The notes: generated by a model not told the origin, from the letters alone. Positions 16,411 to 26,395 are shown, counted from the stretch's first letter. The stretch is 32,000 nt of DNA from Acaryochloris marina MBIC11017 (GCF_000018105.1 NC_009925.1:1980001-2012000); one strand, 5' to 3'. Made by a program: numbers and translations.

Positions 16411-17222
16411 ACCCGATGCAAGATAAAACCCATGAGCTGTCCTTGGGAATCCAGCCCTCCAATTATATGAACGGCATCCACACTATTTTCCAAAGCCTGA
16501 TCATGAATGGCGAGAACCGCAATCTCCCCCACACAGGCTTGCATGGTTTTGAGTAAAGACACACCTGAGACAATGATGCGATCGCTCACTGCATCAAAAT
16601 CCCAAGCAAACTTAGATGCCTCTAAAAACTGATACCACCCATGATTCGGCTCTTGGGCATCTAACAGCGTAAAGTCTGCCGACACCTTAGCTAACTGGCG
16701 AGCCGAGTAGCGCCGAGGAGCCTCTTCCATAATGCGTTGGACAATCTCTGACTGCCGTGCATAAGCCAATAGCGCGGAGGACAATTCAGTACTCTCTGTT
16801 GACCACTGGAAAGTCGTCTGAAATCCATCTCCTTCATTCGACCGATAGGTAATATCAAACCCTTCTGCAATCAGGCGATCAATCAACGCCGGGAACGACG
16901 GTGGTACCCAATCGGTTAGGTTCAACAACTCTGCTTCTGAACAGGCCGTAGCGCTAGTTTCTATAGTTGGGGCCTGATTTCCCACCACTAAAAGGGTGAT
17001 TTCATCTTCAAGGTCCGTCACCACTTCTGCTTCAAACCGCTCACAAAACGCTTGTAGGGTCTCTAGGGTCGCATCGAATTCCTCTACGAAGGCAACAGAC
17101 GCCCCCCACAAAGGGATTGACCGATAAGGGAGCGGTGTCTGACTTCCCCCTACTCCTGAAACGAGCGAATCTTCTGCCGCTTGATAGTAAGGGGAGTGAG
17201 TTGGCTTTATCATGGTGAGCAA
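16401..17222 (-). CDS. Hypothetical protein, function unknown
   Basis: 273-aa acidic ORF, first gene of a co-directional overlapping set. No motif recognised. Confidence 0.6.
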   Translation of the reverse strand: MLTMIKPTHSPYYQAAEDSLVSGVGGSQTPLPYRSIPLWGASVAFVEEFDATLETLQAFCERFEAEVVTDLEDEITLLVVGNQAPTIETSATACSEAELLNLTDWVPPSFPALIDRLIAEGFDITYRSNEGDGFQTTFQWSTESTELSSALLAYARQSEIVQRIMEEAPRRYSARQLAKVSADFTLLDAQEPNHGWYQFLEASKFAWDFDAVSDRIIVSGVSLLKTMQACVGEIAVLAIHDQALENSVDAVHIIGGLDSQGQLMGFILHRVWT

Positions 17223-17262
17223 GTGTGCAATCTGGGTATAGTGGCCTGTTAACGGCGTTGGC

Positions 17263-18177
17263 TTGGGTCTAACCTGGACTGATAGATCAGCCCACCGATT
17301 GACTCACTTCACTGTAGACGACAACCCCAGGATTTTGAAGACGACGGTACCTCAGGCCCTATGGCAACTTTGTGTAAAAGGATTTGTCCGCATCCTGATT
17401 GGTGCTGATAATCAAAACCAATACGATACCTATGATTGGGAAGCAGGATGTCATGCCCTCAGAAATCCAGATCTAGCCTACCCTCAGTACTACCGCATCC
17501 CCAACTTTCATGGGGTCGAAGGGGGTTATCTCTGCAAAGAAGCTGCGGTCACCTACGATGCGGTTACGGCCTTTGCCTGTCCTCCCCATGAAATGAATCT
17601 GCGACGAGAAGTCTTGAAATCTATTCAAGGGCAACCTCAACGAATTCTGGACTTAGGCTGTGGAACCGGTTCCATGACCTTGATGCTTAAAGCTACCTAT
17701 CCCCAAGCGGAAGTCATTGGCCTAGATTTATCGCCCTATATGTTGTGTCACGCCCAACATAAGAGCCAAAAGGCTCAGCTCACCATCCATTGGCTGCATG
17801 GCTTAGCAGAAGCGACAGACTTAAAGGCTCACAGCTTTGATGTGATCAGTATTTGCATGGTCTTCCATGAAATGCCTCCGCGCATTTCACGGTTGGTCTT
17901 GCAAGAATGTCGTCGCTTACTGAAATCGGGTGGTCAACTCATCATTTTGGACGGTAATCAAAACCGCCTCCGCCATGCAGACTGGCTGATTCGACTATTT
18001 CGAGAACCCTATTCTACGGTTTACGCCAAAGAGAGCATCCACGACTGGGTCACCGAAGCTGGCTTTGAAAACGTCAGCACCCGATACCTCGGCTGGATTC
18101 ACCAACTAACGGCAGGGACAAGCCCTCACCACCGAGATGAGCCACCCCTTAGACAGTTACAAACCCACGCAGTTTAA
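17263..18177 (+). CDS. Class I SAM-dependent methyltransferase
   Basis: Motif I is [14 protein letters not shown], followed by [25 protein letters not shown] and [11 protein letters not shown]. There is no ATG near the N-terminus. The TTG 17263 start is uncertain. Confidence 0.85.
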   Translation: MGLTWTDRSAHRLTHFTVDDNPRILKTTVPQALWQLCVKGFVRILIGADNQNQYDTYDWEAGCHALRNPDLAYPQYYRIPNFHGVEGGYLCKEAAVTYDAVTAFACPPHEMNLRREVLKSIQGQPQRILDLGCGTGSMTLMLKATYPQAEVIGLDLSPYMLCHAQHKSQKAQLTIHWLHGLAEATDLKAHSFDVISICMVFHEMPPRISRLVLQECRRLLKSGGQLIILDGNQNRLRHADWLIRLFREPYSTVYAKESIHDWVTEAGFENVSTRYLGWIHQLTAGTSPHHRDEPPLRQLQTHAV

Positions 18178-19208
18178 GGTACTTGCCAAATACGATTGTG
18201 GTAATCCGCTTCTTTATCCACATTGATAGTGGCGTGGCTATGCCCGTGACCATGATGGCCGTGATCGTGGCTATGGCCATGATCATGACTATGGCTATGG
18301 GGTTCTTCACCATTGAGAGCTGCCAGCCGAAATTTACATAGCTCACAATTCATCTGGACTTGCCCTAACTGAGTTTCCAATTCCCGCTGGCGCAACACCT
18401 GAACCAAGGCCGGATGCAGCCCCATTTCCGGCAAGCAAGTCACTTGAATATCTGGATAGGCCACTTGCTGATGGGCTGAGATATCAAAAATCTTTTCCAC
18501 CAACGTGCCCGTAAACAGAAAATAGGGCAGTACAACAATGCGCTTAGGCTGATACAGCCGTGCGCGTCGGAATCCTTCTTCCAATCGGGGATGGGTAATG
18601 CCAATAAAGCAGGTTTCCACAGTCTGATAGTTACTGCCTTCCCAGAGGATGCGGGCCATTTTACTGACATCGCTATTGGCATCAGGGTCGCTGGAGCCTC
18701 GTCCCACAAATAGCAAAACAGTCTCTTCACGGGAAATGCCTTGAGGATTATGCTCGGGGTTATCCAGTAGTTCTAACCGTTGTTTCCATAGGTCTAAAAT
18801 CCCAGGCGTAATCCCAAAATGACGGCCATAGTGATATTTCAACTGGGGATGGCGTTTGCGGGCTAGATCGAGTTCGTTGGTGACATCAAACTTGTTGTGG
18901 CGGGCGGCAAATAGCAGAATCGGTAGCGCCGAGAGTTCCGTATAGCCTTGCTCAACACAGTGATCGACGACTTCTTGAATACTGGGTCCCGTCAGTTCTA
19001 AAAAGCAGGGAAACACCGGTCTTGATCGATCGAGTTCCTGGTAGAGGGTTGCAAAATCTAGGAAACATTGTCTGCCGTTGGGATTTCGGGTGCCATGGCC
19101 AATCATAAGTAAAGGTCTTTGAAGGGGTAATGGCGTTAGATCACCAGCGATCGGCAAACTGAGGGGGGCAGGTCTGACCACCAAGTCTGGCATATGAGCA
19201 ATGGACAT
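18174..19208 (-). CDS. cbiX: Sirohydrochlorin chelatase, long form (CbiX-L type) with a C-terminal MxCxxC and His-rich tail
   Basis: 344 aa. [11 protein letters not shown] and [14 protein letters not shown] mark the two CbiX half-domains. The C-terminus has MNCELCKF followed by [22 protein letters not shown]. Confidence 0.85.
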   Translation of the reverse strand: MSIAHMPDLVVRPAPLSLPIAGDLTPLPLQRPLLMIGHGTRNPNGRQCFLDFATLYQELDRSRPVFPCFLELTGPSIQEVVDHCVEQGYTELSALPILLFAARHNKFDVTNELDLARKRHPQLKYHYGRHFGITPGILDLWKQRLELLDNPEHNPQGISREETVLLFVGRGSSDPDANSDVSKMARILWEGSNYQTVETCFIGITHPRLEEGFRRARLYQPKRIVVLPYFLFTGTLVEKIFDISAHQQVAYPDIQVTCLPEMGLHPALVQVLRQRELETQLGQVQMNCELCKFRLAALNGEEPHSHSHDHGHSHDHGHHGHGHSHATINVDKEADYHNRIWQVP

Positions 19209-19523
19209 TAAAGAACTCCCTGCCTGTGAATCACAAGCGTTGACTGAGGATTCCCCACGAGATGGCTAAGCAATCTTATGGGTTAAAAAATAGGCCGTAA
19301 CAGAGTGGTTTGATCGGACCTGGGCATTTGCCCACCCCCCACCATACAAAGTCAGCTCTCCAAACCAGGACAGTCACAGCATTCTTTTAAGATCGCCTCG
19401 GGGCAATCTCTGTCAATCAAGAGCATGGCGGACGAGTATTTGAAGGGTTGATTTGAGGTAGAAGGCGCTTAAACCTAGATACTCATCCATTCTCACGCTC
19501 TTTAGCTAACAGCGGAGCCAGAT

Positions 19524-20789
19524 TCAAGCATGGTGTAATTGTTGCTCAATGGCATCACACGCTATCTTGACTCCATTCTCTGATCGGATCCTGGCCCCCA
19601 CTTGTGACGCTTGGGCTGCATATTTGGGGTTTTCGAGTAGCTCACCTAGCTCTTTAATGACTCGTTTAGCCTGATACTGCTTTCTGGGAATCGTTTTGGA
19701 CGTACCCAAGCGTTGAACTCTGGATGCATTGTCCGGTTGGTCGTGACTGTAAGGCACAATCAGCGTTGGGCAACCGGCACGGAGTGCCTGGGCAGTGGTC
19801 CCCACTCCCCCTTGATGAACCACTGCACAAGCACTGGGAAAGATTTGTGAGTAAGGCGCATAGCGCATGGCAATGATGCTGTCTGGCAGATGGTCGGGTG
19901 GAACGTTCTGGCCTATCAATAACACGGCTCGACGGTTCAAGGCTTGTGTCGCCTGGATACTTTCTAGATAAAACCGTCCTGGATCCATCACTGCAGCAGA
20001 ACCTAAGGTAAATACGATCGGTGGTTCCCCTGCATTTAGAAATCGAACCAGTTCGGGTGAAAGTTTTTGGCCTCCAGCACTACCATCATAAAAAGCAAAC
20101 CCAGTCAGCATCGCCTTGTCTGGCCAATCCAATTGTGGCTTAGCCAGCACCGAGGAGAACATTGCCAACACCAGATGGGGTGAGTATTTGTCATCCACTA
20201 ATGGATTGCCCTTAAGGGCAGGCAGTCCAAGCTCTTGTCGAAGCTGATGAATTGGTTTCACCCAAGACTGGGTCATGACTTTTGCCAGTTGTCGAATGGC
20301 GCTTTGAGCGACAACATTCAAGCCCGGTAGTTGAAAAATAGACGGTAAGCCCGGTGCAACAGATGCATCTTTAGCAGAGAGAAACGCAAGGGGTTGCAGA
20401 ACCGTGAGCACCCAGGGAATTCCTAATTTCTCTGCTACTAATCGAGCTGCCAATACGCCTTCACCGTTGATAATCAGATCAGCATTTTGGGCAGCGTTCA
20501 TTAAGTCAGCATAAGTCTCTCTTAAACTGGCGCATACCCAATTTCGAACGACGTACTCTGTTCCCGTCTTCAAATCCATCATCCGTGCCATTTCTTGCGG
20601 ATCATGAAGGGCGGTATTGTCAGGGCGCATTCGGTGAAACTCAAATCCTAAGGTTTCGATGCGGTCTTGATATTCTTGATGGGTGGCAAATACAACCTCA
20701 TGCCCCCGATGGCGTAGCTCAATTGCGATCGCAATCTTAGGATGCAAATCCCCCAAAGAACCAATCGTCGTCAATACAATCCGACTCAC
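19524..20789 (-). CDS. GT1-family (UDP-glycosyltransferase/MGT-like) glycosyltransferase
   Basis: 421 aa. The N-terminus is IVLTTIGSLGDLHPKIAIAIELRHRGHEV. The C-terminal nucleotide-sugar motif is VVHQGGVGTTAQALRAGCPTLIVPYSHDQPDNA. Confidence 0.85.
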   Translation of the reverse strand: MSRIVLTTIGSLGDLHPKIAIAIELRHRGHEVVFATHQEYQDRIETLGFEFHRMRPDNTALHDPQEMARMMDLKTGTEYVVRNWVCASLRETYADLMNAAQNADLIINGEGVLAARLVAEKLGIPWVLTVLQPLAFLSAKDASVAPGLPSIFQLPGLNVVAQSAIRQLAKVMTQSWVKPIHQLRQELGLPALKGNPLVDDKYSPHLVLAMFSSVLAKPQLDWPDKAMLTGFAFYDGSAGGQKLSPELVRFLNAGEPPIVFTLGSAAVMDPGRFYLESIQATQALNRRAVLLIGQNVPPDHLPDSIIAMRYAPYSQIFPSACAVVHQGGVGTTAQALRAGCPTLIVPYSHDQPDNASRVQRLGTSKTIPRKQYQAKRVIKELGELLENPKYAAQASQVGARIRSENGVKIACDAIEQQLHHA

Positions 20790-20798
20790 AACCTAGCT

Positions 20799-21326
20799 CT
20801 ATCCATTAACCCGAAAACTTTGTTTGGGGCCTGTGGGTTGATGCTCACTGAACCCTTCTTGATAATGTCCGTTCGTATAGTCGGCAATCACTTTTCTCCA
20901 GAATATCTGGCCGGGTATATTGCCAGCCTGTTGAGCAACATGCCATTCCGCCGAGAATGTCCGAAATAGATGAAAAGCGGCCCGCTTTCCAATCCCTAAC
21001 CAACGGTACTTCCGAAGCACAAAAAATTCGGCAATTGCATATTGATCCACGTTCAATTCTCGAACTAACGCAAAACCAACTAACTGTTGATCCAGATTAA
21101 TCCAGAACGGGTGGCGATTTGGATCGGTCCAGTAGTCATCAAAATAGGGATACTTCGCAAACTGACCGGAGGCATCCAGGGCATCGTCATTAAATTCACT
21201 GAGGTCGTAGCGATACAGCTGCATTAAATGGGCCAATGTGATTTTTTCCGTCGCCGGGATTCTCGTAATACGAACCTTGTGTAAAAGATCTGCTAATTCA
21301 TCTTTTGCCGCACTAAAGTCATGCAT
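20799..21326 (-). CDS. GNAT-family N-acetyltransferase
   Basis: 175 aa. VGFALVRE...IAEFFVLRKYRWLGIGKRAAFHLF is an acetyl-CoA-binding (R/Q-x-x-G-x-G/A) type motif. There is a 9-nt gap to the downstream GT1 gene. Confidence 0.8.
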   Translation of the reverse strand: MHDFSAAKDELADLLHKVRITRIPATEKITLAHLMQLYRYDLSEFNDDALDASGQFAKYPYFDDYWTDPNRHPFWINLDQQLVGFALVRELNVDQYAIAEFFVLRKYRWLGIGKRAAFHLFRTFSAEWHVAQQAGNIPGQIFWRKVIADYTNGHYQEGFSEHQPTGPKQSFRVNG

Positions 21327-21459
21327 AGCACCTGAAACCTTTGGGTAGCGAGGTGTTCGGTTAGGGACCCATATGGGCGTGGAGACAGTTGATTTGTTCG
21401 TAGACTAAGCTAGACCTATAGCAGGTTTTTTGATACTGCCTTTGTCGAGGATACAAATT

Positions 21460-22149
21460 ATGTTAAGCGTTGCCCAGTCAAGGCCATCTGAACGCGCCAT
21501 TTTTATTCAGAAAACCTATCTGCATCTTGCAGGGGCCATTGGTGCGTTTATTGTCGTCGAATTTCTACTGTTCCAATTGGGGATTGCTGAAGCAATGTTC
21601 CAATTTGTAGCCGGAGGTCGTTTTAGCTGGCTGTTAATTTTAGGTGCATTCTCACTCCTCGGCTGGATGTCTCGGGGACTGGTTGCCAAAGCGGATCAAG
21701 TGGGTACTCAGTACGCAGGGCTAGGGGTTTATGTAGTTGCCCAAGCCTTGATTTTTGCCCCCATGCTTTACATGGCTGCGGCTTTTTCAGACGCTAATGT
21801 CATTCCCACAGCAGGTATCTTAACCCTGACTATGTTTGGGGGACTGACTGCGATCGCTTTCACTACCCGAACAGATTTCACCTTTCTCGGTGGCATCCTT
21901 AAAATTGGTAGCTTTGTCGCTCTGGGACTGATCGTTTGCAGTTACATCTTCGGCTTTTCCCTTGGATTATTCTTCTCCGTTGTGATGGTCGTGTTTGCCT
22001 CAGCAGCGATTTTATACGACACCTCTAAGGTGATGAAGCACTATTCCACCAGACATTATGTTGCGGCATCCCTAGAATTGTTCGCGTCTGTGGCTTTGCT
22101 ATTCTGGTACATCCTTCGCATCGTGATGTCCATGTCATCTCGCCAATAA
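21460..22149 (+). CDS. BAX inhibitor-1/YccA family membrane protein
   Basis: FIQKTYLHLAGAIGAFIV followed by 7 hydrophobic helices; length and pattern fit BI-1/YccA. The ORF is open from 21430; Met11 (21460) is the likely start. Confidence 0.85.
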   Translation: MLSVAQSRPSERAIFIQKTYLHLAGAIGAFIVVEFLLFQLGIAEAMFQFVAGGRFSWLLILGAFSLLGWMSRGLVAKADQVGTQYAGLGVYVVAQALIFAPMLYMAAAFSDANVIPTAGILTLTMFGGLTAIAFTTRTDFTFLGGILKIGSFVALGLIVCSYIFGFSLGLFFSVVMVVFASAAILYDTSKVMKHYSTRHYVAASLELFASVALLFWYILRIVMSMSSRQ

Positions 22150-22156
22150 CCCCACT

Positions 22157-22220
22157 CCTCTGACATATCAGCATCATCGGTACAAGGTTGAACGTACGGA
22201 TGATGCTGATATGTCAGAGG
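22157..22220. terminator. Long hairpin (22-bp perfect stem) filling the gap between convergent genes; possible bidirectional terminator or RNA-stability element without a U-tract
   Basis: CCTCTGACATATCAGCATCATC (22157-22178) pairs perfectly with GATGATGCTGATATGTCAGAGG (22199-22220). An inner GTAC/GTAC pair lies at 22180-22183 and 22194-22197. There is no flanking T-run on either strand. Confidence 0.45.
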
Positions 22221-22222
22221 TA

Positions 22223-23518
22223 TTAAAGATCTTTGTGGGTAAACGGGCGAGCATCTGACCCCGCATAGGTAGCAACAATCTGGCCTTGGCCTTTGAGCTG
22301 ATACTTATAGGTAACTAATCCTTCTAAACCGACGGGGCCTCTGGGGGGCATCCGCTGGGTGCTAATACCCACTTCCGCGCCAAAGCCATAGCGGAAGCCG
22401 TCGGCAAATCGAGTAGAACAGTTGTGGAATACCCCGGCTGCATCCACCTGGTTCATAAACACAGCTGCTGCTTGATCGTCTTCAGTGGCAATGGCATCCG
22501 TGTGTCCCGATCCGTATTGATTAATATGAGCAATGGCATCGGATAGAGACGCCACCACTTTAATAGAAACAATTAAATCCCCATATTCTGTCGCCCAGTC
22601 CGTCTCCGTTGCGGGGCCAACATCCACAATGGCCTGAGTTTTGGCATCCCCTAGAACTTTGACGTGGTTATCCTGTAACGCCGCCGTTAGTTTGGGTAGG
22701 TATTGAGGTGCGATCGCATCATGCACCAAAATCGTTTCCACCGCATTACAGGCCGCCGGATATTGTATCTTGGAATCCACTGCAATCTCTACCGCTTGGT
22801 CCAGCTTGGCTGCCTGATCTACATACAGATGGCAGATGCCTTCCGCATGGCCCAACACCGGAATACGAGTATTTTCTTGCACAAACCGAACAAAGTCATT
22901 GGAACCACGGGGAATAATCAGGTTCACATCCTGATCGAGGTTCAGCAATTCTAGGGTTTCTTCTCGGCTAGTGAGTAACGCCACTACGTTGGGTGATACC
23001 GCTGTGTTGGAGAGACCTTGATGAATGGCCTTGACTAATGCCTGACAGGAATGAAGAGCTTCTTGCCCCCCTTTGAGCAAAACGCCATTACCAGACTTCA
23101 TGGCCAACGCTGCAATTTGCATCACTGCATCGGGTCGGGCTTCAAAAATGACTCCGAGTACCCCCAACGGACAGCTAACCCGACTCAGAACAAGATCTGT
23201 ATCTAGCTCTCGCTTCAGCTGCACTGTCCCAACTGGATCCTCCAGAGTGGCAACACTGCGTACCCCTGCGATCGCACCTTTGAGCTTGGTGGCATCCAGC
23301 TTTAACCGAGCATAGAGGGCATTAGCAATGCCTGCTGCTTTTGCCTGCTGACAATCCTGCACATTCGCTTCTAAAATCTCTGGCGTTGCCGCTTCTAGGG
23401 CTTGGGCGACGGCTTCTAAGGCTTGGTTTTTTGTTTCTGTAGAAGCCCCTGCCAGTTGGATTGCCGCCTGTCGCGTTTGCTGGGCGACCTCAGTCAAAGA
23501 ATTCGTTAGGACAGTCAC
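22223..23518 (-). CDS. proA: Glutamate-5-semialdehyde dehydrogenase (gamma-glutamyl phosphate reductase)
   Basis: 431 aa. It shows full-length ProA-type aldehyde dehydrogenase patterns: [70 protein letters not shown]. Confidence 0.95.
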   Translation of the reverse strand: MTVLTNSLTEVAQQTRQAAIQLAGASTETKNQALEAVAQALEAATPEILEANVQDCQQAKAAGIANALYARLKLDATKLKGAIAGVRSVATLEDPVGTVQLKRELDTDLVLSRVSCPLGVLGVIFEARPDAVMQIAALAMKSGNGVLLKGGQEALHSCQALVKAIHQGLSNTAVSPNVVALLTSREETLELLNLDQDVNLIIPRGSNDFVRFVQENTRIPVLGHAEGICHLYVDQAAKLDQAVEIAVDSKIQYPAACNAVETILVHDAIAPQYLPKLTAALQDNHVKVLGDAKTQAIVDVGPATETDWATEYGDLIVSIKVVASLSDAIAHINQYGSGHTDAIATEDDQAAAVFMNQVDAAGVFHNCSTRFADGFRYGFGAEVGISTQRMPPRGPVGLEGLVTYKYQLKGQGQIVATYAGSDARPFTHKDL

Positions 23519-23544
23519 AGTTCTAGTGGCTTAACAACAGGGTT

Positions 23545-24450
23545 TTAAAAATCTTCGCGTTCGTACTCGGCAATTTTTTGCGGTTCAGGGATTTTCAGCT
23601 CTTGAGGCTCATAATCATCATCCCAGACATCTCCTTCCCGCTCATATTTCGGATCTGGAGCACTGGGAGGGGTAGAAGACCCACTATCACTCCAGTTATC
23701 CTCCTCTTGATATGCATATTGTTGCTGAGGGGCTTCTTGACGCTCTACGGGGACTGGTTCCGCTTCCCAGGCTTCTGTTTCCCAGGCTTGTTGAGCAGGC
23801 GCAGCCTGACGGGCAGGTGCGTAAGCAGTGGTCGGTTCTCCAGGGCCAAGCTGGTTCGTGGTAGACGCCGTCTTAGGGATATAGTCTTCTTCATCGCTTA
23901 ATTCCCAAGGCGGAATCCCTAAACCCATCCGCTCCAGAATACCGACCGTCAGCTGATTCAGGCGTTCTTCCGCCCCTTCAAAAACGATCAAGCGATCAGG
24001 CCCTGTACTGACAATCTCTTCCACAGGCAGCTCGTAGGTGCTCAACACCTGGGACGGAATCAAGGGTACTCCAATCGATGCGATGACTAAAGAGGCGACT
24101 TCTCCTGTGCTGGTGTCAAACTTAAACCCTCGGACTTTGCCTAAAAGTTCTCCAGCTTCGGTAATGACTTCGTTATTAATTAAAGTGCTGAAATCGAAGG
24201 TATCTATTTCTTCAATCGCGGTCTCATCATCGACCAGAATCACATCTCCAATCTGCCGAATATTACTGAGATACATGTAGCGCTCATCGCCAGTAACTAG
24301 GGTATTCCGCAAACCCACGACGGCGACTTCTCGCTGATCGACATCTACCCAAAGCTGAGTAATCACCCCCAGCTTTTTACCCGTACTGCGGGTAATAACT
24401 TGAGTACCTATAAAGTCAGCGCGTTGTTGAACTTGTTCAGATATTGCCAT
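23545..24450 (-). CDS. PRC-barrel domain protein (two barrels) with an acidic, Pro/Glu/Trp-rich C-terminal tail
   Basis: 301 aa. GTQVITRSTGKKLGVITQLWVDVDQREVAVVGL and VITEAGELLGKVRGFKFDTSTGEVASLVI are PRC-barrel repeats. The tail is low-complexity and acidic. There is a 26-nt gap to proA. Confidence 0.8.
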   Translation of the reverse strand: MAISEQVQQRADFIGTQVITRSTGKKLGVITQLWVDVDQREVAVVGLRNTLVTGDERYMYLSNIRQIGDVILVDDETAIEEIDTFDFSTLINNEVITEAGELLGKVRGFKFDTSTGEVASLVIASIGVPLIPSQVLSTYELPVEEIVSTGPDRLIVFEGAEERLNQLTVGILERMGLGIPPWELSDEEDYIPKTASTTNQLGPGEPTTAYAPARQAAPAQQAWETEAWEAEPVPVERQEAPQQQYAYQEEDNWSDSGSSTPPSAPDPKYEREGDVWDDDYEPQELKIPEPQKIAEYEREDF

Positions 24451-24783
24451 GCGTGAATCCTGAGCCGAATTCTTGAGTTTTCGGGTGGGGTAAATTTTGT
24501 TAATCGTACCTTTACAATGTCACAAAAACTATCGCACACGGTACATTTTTACACCTTAACCACTCTATTTTAGTGCCTTGAGGAAGTGGGCACCTCTTTT
24601 ATAAGGTGTTGATATCACCCCAAGACCGTTGCCGTTCAAGGCTTATATCTCCCAGAATTTCTGATGGGTTCATACTTCGATGGGGTAAAACTAACCAGCA
24701 AACTTCATGTGACCGCTTTATCGCTCCAGCTATATTTAAGTCAGATCCCTAGCGTTAGCTCAGACCTCTCATACATCAAGATT

Positions 24784-25374
24784 ATGGTCAGCATAGCTTC
24801 ACCCCCCATCGCATCCGCCTTAACCCTCCGCATCAACCTGAGTGATGAGCAGTTTTTTCAACTCTGCCAGGACAACAGCGATTTAAAATTTGAGCGCACC
24901 ACCCTAGGAGAAGTGATTATTATGCCCCCTACCGGTGGAAATACAGGTCGGCGTAATATCAAAATCACGACCCAATTAGAAGTTTGGAATAGTCAAACCG
25001 GTTTGGGAGAAGCCTTCGATTCCAGTACAGGATTCCAGCTCCCCAATGGAGCCACCCGTTCTCCTGATGCCTCTTGGATCACTAGCGAGCGCTGGGAGAC
25101 CTTAAATCCTTCAGAACAAGAACGATTTATCCCCCTCTGTCCCGATTTTGTGGTGGAATTACGGTCAGCGGGAGATGCATTGGCCCCTCTACAGGCCAAG
25201 CTGCAAGAGTATATGGATAATGGGGTGCGGTTAGGCTGGCTGATTGATCCCAAACAACAGACGGTCGAAATCTATCGTCCTAATCAGGATGTTGAACGAC
25301 TTCAAACCCCCACCAAACTCTCTGGGGAGACCGTTCTACCAGGTTTCATCTTAGATTTATCCACGATTTTCTAA
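24784..25374 (+). CDS. Uma2-family (DUF820) putative endonuclease
   Basis: FERTTLGEVIIMPPTGGNTGRRNIKITTQLEVW...SSTGFQLPNGATRSPDASWI...PDFVVELRSAGD...KLQEYMDNGVRLGWLIDP is the typical Uma2 PD-(D/E)xK pattern. The ORF is open from 24664; Met41 (24784) is the likely start. Confidence 0.85.
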   Translation: MVSIASPPIASALTLRINLSDEQFFQLCQDNSDLKFERTTLGEVIIMPPTGGNTGRRNIKITTQLEVWNSQTGLGEAFDSSTGFQLPNGATRSPDASWITSERWETLNPSEQERFIPLCPDFVVELRSAGDALAPLQAKLQEYMDNGVRLGWLIDPKQQTVEIYRPNQDVERLQTPTKLSGETVLPGFILDLSTIF

Positions 25375-25449
25375 CGCATCTTTCAGGATATGCCTTCTAG
25401 GGGTAGAGTCGAGAGGACCGCTTAAGTATGACGATCTCAGGTAATTCCC

Positions 25450-26379
25450 TTGACTTCTACTCCTCAGCCTTTAAGCCAACGTGGACATCTTCTCACCGAA
25501 CAGATTAATCCCAACAGCCAAAATCTCGATCAGTTGACGGCATTAGAGCTAGTCGATCTATTCAATCAGGAAGATCAGCAACTGATCAGCGCCATTGCCG
25601 CTGCTCGGGAACCCTTGGCAGCAGCAGTCGAGAAAACGGCTCAAGCCTTGAGACAAGGTGGACGGTTATTTTATGTCGGGGCTGGAACCAGTGGTCGTTT
25701 AGGGGTCTTAGATGCAGCCGAATGTCCCCCTACTTTTTGTACACCACCTGAAATGGTCCAGGGCATCTTGGCAGGGGGAGAAGCTGCCTTAGTCAGAAGT
25801 TCAGAAGCGTTAGAAGATCGGGCCGATGATGGTGCGGCTGCCATTGCAAATCGAAACGTTTCCCCAACTGATGTGGTGGTGGGCATTACGGCAGGTGGAA
25901 CGACTCCCTTTGTCCATGGTGCCTTGCAAGCCGCCAATGAGCGAGGAGCAACCACTGTTTTTATGGCCTGCGTTCCTGCCGAACAGTTTTCCATCAATGT
26001 CGATATCGATGTGCGGCTACTCGTAGGACCCGAAATTTTAGCGGGCTCCACCCGCCTTAAAGCCGGGAGTGTCACCAAGTTAGCCCTAAATATTATCTCC
26101 ACGGGGGCGATGGTCCAAATTGGTAAGGTGTATGGCAATCGGATGGTGGATGTCTCGGTCACAAACAGCAAGTTAGAAGATCGAGCCCTGCGAATTATTG
26201 CTGATCTGACGGAGCTATCCCGAGACCAGGCAGCTGAGTTGTTAGGGAGATGCGATCGCAAAGTGAAACTAGCCCTACTTGTCCATTGGACAGGCCTCTC
26301 TACCGATCAGGGCCAAGCTCTGCTAGACCAACATCAAGGCAATCTACGGCAAGCGGTTCAAAGCCAATCTGCACCTTAA
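25450..26379 (+). CDS. murQ: N-acetylmuramic acid 6-phosphate etherase
   Basis: 309 aa. It has LTEQINPNSQNLD and the SIS-domain core GGRLFYVGAGTSGRLGVLDAAECPPTF, then VVGITAGGTTPFV, STRLKAGS.TK and NRMVDV. TTG start. Confidence 0.9.
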   Translation: MTSTPQPLSQRGHLLTEQINPNSQNLDQLTALELVDLFNQEDQQLISAIAAAREPLAAAVEKTAQALRQGGRLFYVGAGTSGRLGVLDAAECPPTFCTPPEMVQGILAGGEAALVRSSEALEDRADDGAAAIANRNVSPTDVVVGITAGGTTPFVHGALQAANERGATTVFMACVPAEQFSINVDIDVRLLVGPEILAGSTRLKAGSVTKLALNIISTGAMVQIGKVYGNRMVDVSVTNSKLEDRALRIIADLTELSRDQAAELLGRCDRKVKLALLVHWTGLSTDQGQALLDQHQGNLRQAVQSQSAP

Positions 26380-26395
26380 ATGTTATGAATCGGCT

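Noticed and set aside
18234-18299. Short imperfect tandem repeats (CATGA/CCATG-type) that might look like a microsatellite or CRISPR-like array
   Set aside because: They are simply the coding sequence of the His/Gly/Asp-rich tail of CbiX. There is no spacer-repeat architecture.
19209-19523. Possible cobalamin riboswitch in the 315-nt leader upstream of cbiX
   Set aside because: I read the minus strand and found no B12-box-like GCCACTG...GGGAAGGC, nor the GGGAA...GGTG.AA.TCC...CCCGC core. Only short generic hairpins are present (e.g. TGGGCAAATGCCCA, GATTGCCCCGAGGCGATC). A covariance-model scan (RF00174) would be decisive.
24451-24783. NtcA-like site (GTA-N8-CAC at about 24549-24562) and a small hairpin plus T-run (GTGCC...GGCAC CTCTTTT) upstream of the PRC-barrel / Uma2 genes
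   Set aside because: The NtcA half-site has a mismatch and no correctly spaced -10 element. The hairpin stem is only 5 bp. This is not enough to call a regulatory site or an sRNA.
25671-26261. 196-aa ORF antisense to murQ, and similar long shadow ORFs (500..853, 1404..2063 set, 2496..2867, 8019..8504 set, 8610..9074, 12861..13151, 23578..23901, 27965..28390)
   Set aside because: Each lies entirely within, and antisense to or out of frame with, a CDS that has strong family signatures. Their translations are Arg/Ser/Pro-rich low-complexity sequences typical of off-frame reading.
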